From Microcoleus sp. SM1_3_4 (GTDB taxonomy: Bacteria; Cyanobacteriota; Cyanobacteriia; Cyanobacteriales; Microcoleaceae), in NCBI GenBank assembly GCA_012031535.1, contig JAAUTI010000053.1, positions 1 through 15,115 on the forward strand: 15,115 nucleotides of DNA, read 5' to 3'. The notes below the pieces were generated by a model, which worked only from the letters and a program-made list of their open reading frames with translations, did no database searches and was not told where the DNA came from. Positions 1 to 7,807 of the stretch are shown piece by piece. Made by a program: the position numbers and the translations under genes. The stretch's first letter is position 1, and the number at the start of each line of letters is the position of its first letter.

Positions 1-92
1 CAAGAGATTTCATTTCACCCTTAACGCTTCTTTCCACCAAACGCAAAATAGTTTTTAGTACCGCCAATATCGCCCGCCAGTAATAAAGCCAT
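1..92 (-). CDS. glk: glucokinase (Glk/ROK family), N-terminal ~30 codons only; gene continues beyond window start
   Basis: Minus-strand translation from the ATG at 92-90 gives MALLLAGDIGGTKTILRLVERSVKGEMKSL. This carries the conserved glucokinase N-terminal ATP-binding motif LLAGDIGGTKT. An AAGGAGG Shine-Dalgarno-like hexamer sits just upstream. An alternative in-frame ATG lies at 110-108. Too short to appear in the ORF track. Confidence 0.55.
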
Positions 93-108
93 AAACCTCC
101 TTAAAGTC

Positions 109-194
109 ATCTGCGTTAATCCGCGTTAATCTGCTCCCATCTGCGGTTGCAATTATCTGCGTTAATCTGCGTTAATCAGCATCAATCTGCGGTT
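109..194. repeat. degenerate tandem decamer/dodecamer repeats ATCTGCGTTAAT / ATCTGCGGTT in the glk upstream / GDE downstream intergenic region
   Basis: Seen directly: ATCTGCGTTAAT at 109-120 and 155-166, CTGCGTTAAT at 121-130 (with C for T) and 167-176, ATCTGCGGTT at 139-148 and 185-194. The same decamer family occurs in inverse orientation (AAACGCAGAT x4) at 4811-4850. Confidence 0.7.
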
Positions 195-242
195 TCCCTC
201 TCGACGAATACTCACACAAGAGGTTTATAAGATTCTGCAAAT

Positions 243-2300
243 CTAACCCTCATTACTGTTAATTGCCAACCAAGCCCGCAACACTTCAGCCACCGTCCAA
301 GCTTGCGCCGTACAGCCCCGAGGTTCAAAGGGGTCATCGCCTTCAAAAATTTCGCCCAAACTGCCCACACCGCCCGCAAGTATATGATGTGCCATCGGTG
401 CCAGCAGTTCGGCAGCTTGTACCGGGTTTTTGTATACATCCAAGTGAGCCAAAACAAAAGAACCGATAAGCCAGCCCCAAACCGTACCCTGATGGTAGGC
501 GCTGTCGCGCTGCAATTGGTCGCCGCCATATTTGCCCCGATACAGGGGATGGTGCGGGGAGAGGCTGCGCAGGCCGAAGGAAGTGAGAAGGTCCTGCGCG
601 CAGGCATCTACTACTGACTTGCGCCGATCGGGCGTGAGTAACGGTGTATACTTGTGAGTTTCTTTCCCCGCACTTTCTTTTGCTGTAAAGGTTTTAGCGG
701 ATAAGTTCAGGGGCAGGGATACGGCAAATATCTGATTGGGGCGTAGGGAAATGTCGTGTCCCCCCGGACCGTCGAGAACGTCGAAACAGTAGCCTGCTTT
801 AGCGTTCCAGAAACGAGTGAATCCGGCTGCCGTGCGATCGGCTAACTTTTGGTATTCATAGTGAGGTTTGCCCAGTTTTTGCGCGAAATCTACCATCGAT
901 TGTATAGCATTGTACCAAAGAGCGCTGAGTTCGATCGGCTTGCCAGTGCGGGGCGTTACCACCCACTTGCCAATTTTGGCGTCCATCCAAGTCAGTTGCG
1001 AGTCTTCCTCACCAGCGTAAACTAAACCGTCGTCGGGATCGACGCGAATTTTATACCGCGTTCCTCGCAAGTGCCAGTCAACTATCTCACATAAAATCGG
1101 CCACAGTTCGCCCAACAGCCGATCGTCCCCAGTGGCATCAACATAGGCGCGAATTGCCTCAAAGTACCACAGCGTCGCGTCTGCGGTGTTGTATTCCGGC
1201 GCGCCGCCGGCATCGGGAAAGCGATTCGGCAGCATTCCCCGATCGACATATCGGGCAAAAGTCCGCAGGATCGATCGGGCAATTTCCCCGCGCCCGGTAC
1301 AGATTGTGAGACCGGGCAGGCTAATCATCGTATCGCGCCCCCAGTCGCTAAACCAGGGATATCCGGCGATGATGGTTTTGCCCTCGGGTTCCCCCGGTAG
1401 CGGGCGCTTGACGATAAATTGGTCTGCAGCTAGGACTAATTGTTCGATCCAATCGGGAGAGTCGCCGGCTTTGGGCCATTTTTGCAGCACTTCCAAATCG
1501 CCCGCACGGCGCATTTCCAAGGCTGCAGTGCCGTCTAAATCGGGATTTTTCGCGGTACTGGCTGCCAAAGTGAGAGACTCCCCCGGCGCGATGGTGAAGT
1601 GGAAAGTTGCGGCGTGCAGGTGATCCTCGCAACATTCGAGCCCGCGCCGCCTTTCTGCTGCGAGGTCAAATCCGTAGTGCCAGTTGTATAAAGGTGTAGA
1701 AACTCGGAATTTCGCCTCGGCTGCAGCATCTGCCAGCAGGTAAAGGGGCGCTGCTGCTGTGAACGCAGTCACGCAAACTCCTGCAGCAGGGGTTTCTACG
1801 GCAATCGGCCAATCGTCCGCGCTTGTCATGTGGTGGTAGTCGCGGTAATTTACTAAAGCTTTGACGGCTAGGGCGATCGGTTTTGAGGCGCGGTGCAAGC
1901 GGTATTGAATATATGTTGTGTTAGCACTTTGTTGCATCCAAATCCGTTTTTCGAGGATGGCGTCAGCGAGGGCAAACCGCCAAACAGGCGTCGTGCCTTC
2001 GAGGTGAAAGCTTTCGATGTATTTGTAGCCTTGGGGTTCGATCGTCCCGTCGGCCCAGCGGTTTGTATAAAGCGGGTAGGCGCGATCGTTATACACCGCC
2101 GTTTCGTCCAGCTTGGCCAGCATCAAAGTCCGTCCCAGCGGGGGTTTGAGTGCCGCCACCAACAAGCCGTGATACCGCCTGGTGAGAAGACCCGCGATCG
2201 TCCCGCTAGCGTAACCGCCGATGCCGTTAGTAACTAACCATTCACGAGACTCGGCAGAGTCCAGATTGCCGCAGATTTCCCGTCCAAAAGCAATAACCAT
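243..2300 (-). CDS. glycogen debranching protein, GDE_N + amylo-alpha-1,6-glucosidase (GDE_C) family, 685 aa, apparently intact
   Basis: ATG at 2300-2298. N-terminus EWLVTNGIGGYASGTIAGLLTRRYHGLLVAAL is the characteristic GDE_N domain signature. The long C-terminal region has the (alpha/alpha)6 amylo-1,6-glucosidase-type motif GYPWFSDWGRDTMISLPGL. Single uninterrupted ORF. Confidence 0.85.
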   Translation of the reverse strand: MVIAFGREICGNLDSAESREWLVTNGIGGYASGTIAGLLTRRYHGLLVAALKPPLGRTLMLAKLDETAVYNDRAYPLYTNRWADGTIEPQGYKYIESFHLEGTTPVWRFALADAILEKRIWMQQSANTTYIQYRLHRASKPIALAVKALVNYRDYHHMTSADDWPIAVETPAAGVCVTAFTAAAPLYLLADAAAEAKFRVSTPLYNWHYGFDLAAERRRGLECCEDHLHAATFHFTIAPGESLTLAASTAKNPDLDGTAALEMRRAGDLEVLQKWPKAGDSPDWIEQLVLAADQFIVKRPLPGEPEGKTIIAGYPWFSDWGRDTMISLPGLTICTGRGEIARSILRTFARYVDRGMLPNRFPDAGGAPEYNTADATLWYFEAIRAYVDATGDDRLLGELWPILCEIVDWHLRGTRYKIRVDPDDGLVYAGEEDSQLTWMDAKIGKWVVTPRTGKPIELSALWYNAIQSMVDFAQKLGKPHYEYQKLADRTAAGFTRFWNAKAGYCFDVLDGPGGHDISLRPNQIFAVSLPLNLSAKTFTAKESAGKETHKYTPLLTPDRRKSVVDACAQDLLTSFGLRSLSPHHPLYRGKYGGDQLQRDSAYHQGTVWGWLIGSFVLAHLDVYKNPVQAAELLAPMAHHILAGGVGSLGEIFEGDDPFEPRGCTAQAWTVAEVLRAWLAINSNEG

Positions 2301-2390
2301 AAGTACACGCTCGCACTGATTTGTTGTCTACCTTTAGGTAGATTTTACACATGATAAAATATGGCATTTTCAACAGTTGAGAAGTGGGAA

Positions 2391-2440
2391 TTGGTAATTC
2401 TCCCACTCTCTCCCTGTTCCCCCTCTCCCCCTCTGCCTTC
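2391..2440. repeat. short dispersed repeat: GGAATTGGTAATTCTCC plus polypyrimidine CCCCTCTCCCCC motif
   Basis: The reverse complement of 2393-2407 (GGAGAATTACCAATT) is identical to 14441-14455. CCCCTCTCCCCC at 2418-2429 equals the reverse complement of GGGGGAGAGGGG at 14399-14410. Located in the divergent GDE/treZ intergenic region. Confidence 0.6.
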
Positions 2441-2863
2441 TTGCTTCATGTAAACTTTTGACCTCGGAAGGTTGACAAATGCAGCATCAGGTTTTACAAC
2501 TCTGGAACCAAGTGTCTGCTGTCCGCTGCCAACAATTAAGCCTTAACTGTTAAAGCAGGGATTTAAACCGGAACTGTCAAATAATCCACCGACACGAGAA
2601 GGGGGATGCGAAACTCTTAATATTTGGTAACTTGGCGATCGGGCTCATACATATTCGTGCTTTAATTTAAACAGCCAACTGCTAATTTTACCTCAGGGAC
2701 AATTCTAGCTGTTGTTCTGTCTGAAGTAAGTTGTCTTTAACTTCTTTTTTAATTCATATTACTTTTCAAATCGATTTTAGGCGATCGGCCTTCAACATAC
2801 CTACTACCACAATACCATTTTCAGCGATCTAGCAAACCTATTTTATCGGGAGACCAGCTAAAA

Positions 2864-4685
2864 GTGAAGATCGGAGCAAATTACTCGGGCAACAACCAAT
2901 GTGAATTTACCGTGTGGGCTCCCACCCTCGATCGAGTAGAACTTCACATTGTTTCGCCGCAAAAACTCCTTATCCCCATGCAAAAAACGGCAGCGGGTTA
3001 TTGGACGGCTACAGTGGCAGACATCCCTCCTGGCACTCTTTATACCTACAAACTTGACGGCACGATCGATCGCCCCGATCCGGCTTCCAAATATCAGCCC
3101 CAAGGCGTACACTCTCCATCCCAAGTAATCGACGATCGCGCTTTTACTTGGACTGAGCCAGGTTGGCAAGGTGTTCCTTTACCGGAATGATAATTTACGA
3201 ACTGCACGTCGGTACATTTACGCCAGCCGGAACTTTTGAGGCAATTATTCCGCAACTCGATCGACTCAAACAACTGGGAATTAATGCCATCGAAATTATG
3301 CCCGTGGCTCAATTCCCGGGCGATCGCAACTGGGGCTACGACGGCGTATATCCCTACGCGGTTCAAAATTCCTACGGCGGCCCGGAAGGCTTCAAAAAAC
3401 TTGTTGACTCCTGCCACCAACAAGGCATTTCCGTAATCCTCGATGTCGTTTACAACCACCTCGGACCTGAAGGCAATTATCTGCGCGACTTCGGCCCCTA
3501 CTTTACATCAAAATACGGTTCTATTTGGGGCGACCCCCTCAACTTCGACGACAAATACAGCGATGAAGTGCGCAACTACTTTATTAAAAACGCCGTATAC
3601 TGGTTTCGAGACTATCATATCGATGCTTTGAGACTCGATGCAATTCAAGCAATATTTGAAGTAGGTGCGAGGCCGTTTTTGCAAGAACTCGCCGACACCA
3701 CAGCCGAACTTTCCCAACAACTAGGACGGAAACTTTATCTAATTGCAGAAAGCGACTTGAATGATGTCCGAGTCCTGCGATCGAAAGAATTCGGCGGCTT
3801 CGGACTCGACGCCCATGGTGCGACGATTTTCACCACGCACTGCACGCGCTACTTACAGGAGAAAATGACCGCTATTACCAAGATTTCGGCAAGTGCGAAC
3901 ACCTAGAAAAAGCCTTCAAAGAAAGCTTTGTTTATTCGGGACAATACGCCCCTCACCGATTGCGCAAACACGGCAATTCTGCCGCAGCCCAACCCGCCCA
4001 CCAATTCCTCGTATTTTCCCAAACCCACGACCAAATCGGCAACCGCATTTTGGGAGACCGGCTATCAAAAATAGTTAATTTTGAAGGATTGAAACTTGCT
4101 GCCGGCACTGTTTTAATTTCTCCTTACATTCCATTTTTATTTATGGGTGAAGAGTATGGAGAAGAAACACCGTTTTTGTACTTTGTTTCCCACTCGGATG
4201 AGAACTTAATTGAAGCCATCCGCAAAGACAAACAGCAAGAATTTAAAATTTTTGAAGATAGGGGAGAATTTCAAGACCCCCAGAGTCCTGAAACTTTCCA
4301 AAACTGCAAATTAGATTGGGAAAAACACACCCAAGGGAAACACAAAATCCTCTGGGAATGGCACCAGCAGCTAATTCAATTGCGGCGGACAATTCCCGCC
4401 CTGAAAAAACTCGACAAAAACAGTTTGGAAGTATTTAGTAGCGAAGCCGAAAAAATCTTATTTCTCCGTCGCTGGGCTGATGACAGCCAGATATTTTGCA
4501 TTCTAAACTTCAACAAGCAAGAAGTTGCTATTACGGCTAAAATTCCTCAAGGTAACTGGGAAAAGATTTTAGATTCGATCGACACTAAATGGCTGGGTAC
4601 AGGTTCAACATTACCTCAAAAGATAACTTCCGAGCAAAAATTGACAGTCCAACCGCAAAGTTTTGCGCTTTATCAATTACAGTAA
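2864..4685 (+). CDS. treZ: malto-oligosyltrehalose trehalohydrolase TreZ (GH13 with N-terminal CBM48/E-set domain). Reading frame broken by two single-base frameshifts (near 3185-3190 and 3811-3816). ORF fragments are 2864-3190, 3163-3906 and 3960-4685.
   Basis: GTG start at 2864. Fragment 1 [20 protein letters not shown]...WQGVPLPE is the E-set/CBM48 N-domain. Fragment 2 contains [11 protein letters not shown]...[10 protein letters not shown]...GYDGV and [19 protein letters not shown] (GH13 catalytic regions). Re-translating across 3811-3830 in the third frame gives [54 protein letters not shown], which joins directly onto fragment 3. The three pieces sum to about 607 aa, the normal TreZ length. 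Both shifts are -1 relative to an intact gene. Confidence 0.88.
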
Positions 4686-4789
4686 ACGGTTCGTAGTGAG
4701 GACTTCATTCCTCAGATTCAGCAGGCTGAAGTTCTCGCTATAAACTAATGCACTTCGCAATTTAAGTAGAAGGAAGAAGGAGTATTCAC

Positions 4790-4893
4790 AATTATTAACT
4801 GTTAACTTTTAACCGCAGATAGATGCAGATAAACGCAGATAAACGCAGATAATTCCTCTTTTTAACTGTCAACTGTCAATTACCAATTACCAC
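4790..4893. repeat. mosaic of short tandem repeats in the treZ-treY intergenic spacer: TTAACTGTTAAC, 4x decamer A(A/G)A(C/T)GCAGAT, 2x CAACTGT heptamer, 2x TTACCAA heptamer
   Basis: Seen directly: AACCGCAGAT AGATGCAGAT AAACGCAGAT AAACGCAGAT at 4811-4850, then TTAACTGTCAACTGTCAATTACCAATTACCAC at 4862-4893. The same modules recur at 109-194 (decamers, inverse orientation) and 14441-14488 (heptamers). STRR-like heptanucleotide repeats are typical of filamentous cyanobacteria. Confidence 0.7.
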
Positions 4894-4899
4894 AATAAA

Positions 4900-7699
4900 A
4901 TGAGAATCCCCACTACAACCTATCGCATTCAATTTCATGCAGGCTTTAACTTTGAAGCAGCCCAACAAATCCTCAGCTATTTAGAAGAATTAGGAATCAC
5001 CGACCTTTACGCTTCACCAATATTTAAAGCCAGAAAAGGCAGCACTCACGGCTACGATGTAGTTGACTCGAATCAGCTAAACCCCGAATTAGGAACCTCC
5101 GAAGACTTTGAAAAACTCATCGGCGAAATCCAGAAACGCAAAATGGGATGGTTGCAAGATATCGTCCCGAATCACATGGCTTACGATACTCAAAATTTGT
5201 TGCTTTTAGACGTACTGGAACACGGGCCGGATTCTGACTATTTCGACTACTTTGATATTGAATGGAATCACAGTTACGAAAATATCAGAGGGCGAGTGTT
5301 AGCGCCGCTGCTAGGCAACTTTTACGGTGAATGTTTGGAAAATGGCGAAATTCAACTCAAGTACGGCGAAAACGGGTTGAGCGTCAATTACTACAGCTTA
5401 GAATTGCCAGTTAGAATCGAATCCTATGCCAAGTTTATCAGTCAAAATTTGGGACACTTAGCCAGGGAATTGGGGAGAAAACATCCCGATTTTATCAAGT
5501 TACTGGGGATACTTTACATGATTAAAAATGTCCCTGCTGAAACTCAAGGTAAGGAAAGGTACGACCAAATAGCGTTCGCCAAAGGCTTGCTGTGGGAACT
5601 CTACAATCAAAATCCCATAGTGCAGAAATTTTTTGAGGATAATATCGAATTTTTCAACGGTGAAAAGGGCAATCCCGAAAGCTTTAATCCGCTGGATAAT
5701 TTACTATCCGATCAGTTTTACCGCCTTTCTTTCTGGAAAGTGGGTGCTGAAGAAATTAACTACCGGAGATTTTTTACTGTCAACGAACTGATTTCAGTAA
5801 AAGTTGAAGAGCTCAAAGTTTTTCTCAAGAACCAAGATTTGATTTTCGATCTGGTTGAAGAGGGGAATTTCACGGGATTGAGAATTGACCATATTGACGG
5901 ACTTTACGATCCTACGGAATATTTAGAAAGACTGAGAAAGAAAATCGGAGATACTTACATTGCTGTTGAAAAAATTCTCGAACACAAAGAAGATTTGCCC
6001 TCTTATTGGCCGATTCAAGGAACCAGCGGCTACGATTTTTTAAACTATGTAAACGGTGTTTTTTGTCGGTGCGATCGCGAGCAACAATTTAGCGATATCT
6101 ATCACAGATTTACTCGTTTAAATACGCCCTACGAACAGTTATTTCTCGCTAAAAAGACCTTGATTATCGAAAAGAATTTAGCGGGAGATGTAGACAATCT
6201 TGCTCAACTTTTAAAAACAATATCCGGCCATTCCCGACAAGGAAATGATTTTACCCGCCGCGGCTTAGAACAAGCACTTTCTGCTGTTTTGGCAATTTTT
6301 CCTGTTTACCGAACTTACATTAATCAAGATGGTTTGCGAGAGTCCGATCGCACTTATGTAAAAGAGGCAATTGCCCAAGCAAAAGAACAAGTACCGCTGC
6401 TGCTGAAAGAAATCGATTTCATCGAAAAACTGCTGTTATTAGAAGAAGAAGAAACCGTAACTTCAGAACAAAAAGCCTACCGCCGCCACTTCGTCATGAA
6501 GCTGCAGCAACTAACAGGCCCGCTGATGGCAAAAGGCGTTGAAGACACACTTCTATACGTCTACTACCGTCTTTTATCCCTCAACGAAGTCGGAGGAAAT
6601 CCCAGTCAATTCGGTGTTTCCCTAGCAGATTTTCACGAGTTCAACCAACAGCAGCAACAGGTTTGGCCGCACAAAATGAATGCTACAGCTACCCACGACA
6701 CCAAACGCGGGGAAGACGTGCGAGCTCGAATTAACATCCTCTCAGAAATTCCCGAAGAATGGGAACAGCAAGTCAAATCTTGGCGAGAAGTAAACTCTGC
6801 CAAAAAGTTAACTTAGTGAATCGCATAGTTCCCGATACTAACGATGAATACTTCTTTTACCAAACTTTAGTCGGCACTTTTCCATTTGAGGGAATTGAAA
6901 ATACAGATTATATCGATCGCATCAAAAATTATGTCATCAAAGCCGTCCGCGAAGCGAAAGTTCACACTGCTTGGCTGCGGCCGGATAACAAATATGAAGA
7001 AGGTTTTATTACCTTTGTCGATCGGGTTTTGGAACCTGGGGAATCAAATCAATTTCTCAAAAAATTTCAGCCTTTCTGCAAAAAGTAGCCCTCTACGGAA
7101 TTGGCAATTCTTTATCTCAAACCCTGCTCAAAATTGCATCACCGGGCATTCCCGACATTTATCAAGGAACGGAATTTTGGGATTTGAGTCATGTCGATCC
7201 TGACAACCGCCGCCCGGTAGATTTTGAACGCCGGATCGAGGTTTTGCAGGAAATAAAACAGAGATCGGAGGCGGATATTTTGCAACTGATTGAGGAGTTG
7301 ATAGCAACGCGAGAAGATGCTAGAATTAAACTATTCCTAACCGCCAGACTTCTCGCATCCCGCAAACAGTACCGCGAAGTTTTTGCCCGAGGCAATTACC
7401 AGCCACTAACAGTAACTGGCCCTTTTAAAGATAGTATTATTGCTTTTGCCAGAAGCTGGGGAAACACGACAATTATGGCTGTTGCCCCTCGATTTGTGAC
7501 CAGCGTTGTTGCGCCGGAAGCAATGGCGATCGGCAAAGAAATCTGGGAAGATACGGAGTTAGAATTGCCGCCAGGAATGCCTGTTGTTTGGCAGGATGCG
7601 GTGACAAATCAGACGCTAGAAAGTGACGGTACGCTGGAAATTTCTGAAGTCTTGAAATACTTTCCTGCTGCGATGGCGATCGGGCAAAATAGCAATTAA
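4900..7699 (+). CDS. treY: malto-oligosyltrehalose synthase TreY (GH13). Frame broken by two single-base frameshifts (near the A5 run at 6801-6805 and near 7072-7085). ORF fragments are 4900-6816, 6759-7088 and 7184-7699.
   Basis: ATG at 4900. N-terminus TYRIQFHAGFNFEAAQQILSYLEELGITDLYASPIFKARKGSTHGYDVVDSNQLNPELG...DIVPNHMAY is the TreY signature. Fragment 2 (NDEYFFYQTLVGTFPFEG) and the third frame read from 7077 (FLQKVALYGIGNSLSQTLLKIASPGIPDIYQGTEFWDLSHVDPDNRRPVDFERR) continue the family alignment without a gap. Total length about 933 aa, as expected for TreY. Confidence 0.88.
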
Positions 7700-7724
7700 A
7701 GAGTCGATCGTATCCCAGGCTAAA

Positions 7725-7797
7725 GACACAACAATGTTGTGTCCCTACAAGTAATATTTATTTTATCATTTGTAGGGACACGGCACTGCCGTTTCCT
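7725..7797. terminator. cluster of nested/adjacent palindromes between convergent treY and MVP genes; candidate bidirectional intrinsic terminator
   Basis: GACACAAC-AAT-GTTGTGTC (8-bp stem, 7727-7745). A 12-bp perfect inverted repeat GTGTCCCTACAA ... TTGTAGGGACAC (7739-7750 / 7770-7781) with a 19-nt AT-rich loop. ACGGCA-C-TGCCGT (7779-7791) followed by TTTCC. An AT/T-rich run ATATTTATTTTATC follows the first hairpin on the plus strand. Confidence 0.35.
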
Positions 7798-7807
7798 TCA
7801 TCTATTT

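Noticed and set aside
109-194. Possible CRISPR array suggested by repeated ATCTGCGTTAAT units
   Set aside because: Units are only 10-12 bp and abut each other with no unique spacers of 25-40 bp. No cas genes nearby. The same units recur inverted in another intergenic region. Classified as a short tandem repeat family.
212-607. 131-aa and overlapping 68/104-aa ORFs within the 3' end of the GDE gene
   Set aside because: Overlap a strongly supported 685-aa GDE-family CDS in other frames or strands; no recognisable motifs; typical shadow ORFs in GC-rich coding sequence.
1082-2237. ORFs 1082-1282(-), 1186-1623(+), 1348-1635(-), 1535-1729(-), 1893-2237(+)
   Set aside because: All lie inside the GDE CDS; Arg/Pro/Ser-rich low-complexity translations; shadow ORFs.
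2301-2863. Possible tRNA/ncRNA or riboswitch in the long GDE-treZ divergent spacer
   Set aside because: No cloverleaf-compatible segments or recognisable conserved ncRNA motifs found by eye. Only polypyrimidine and short-repeat sequence.
2858-4078. ORFs 2858-3169(-), 3094-3459(-), 3236-3436(+), 3443-3631(+), 3508-3720(-), 3893-4078(+) inside treZ
   Set aside because: Overlap the treZ reading frames; no family features. 3893-4078 is simply the wrong-frame read across the second treZ frameshift.
6886-7395. ORFs 6886-7203(+) and 7189-7395(-)
   Set aside because: Out-of-frame and antisense reads of the treY frameshift region.
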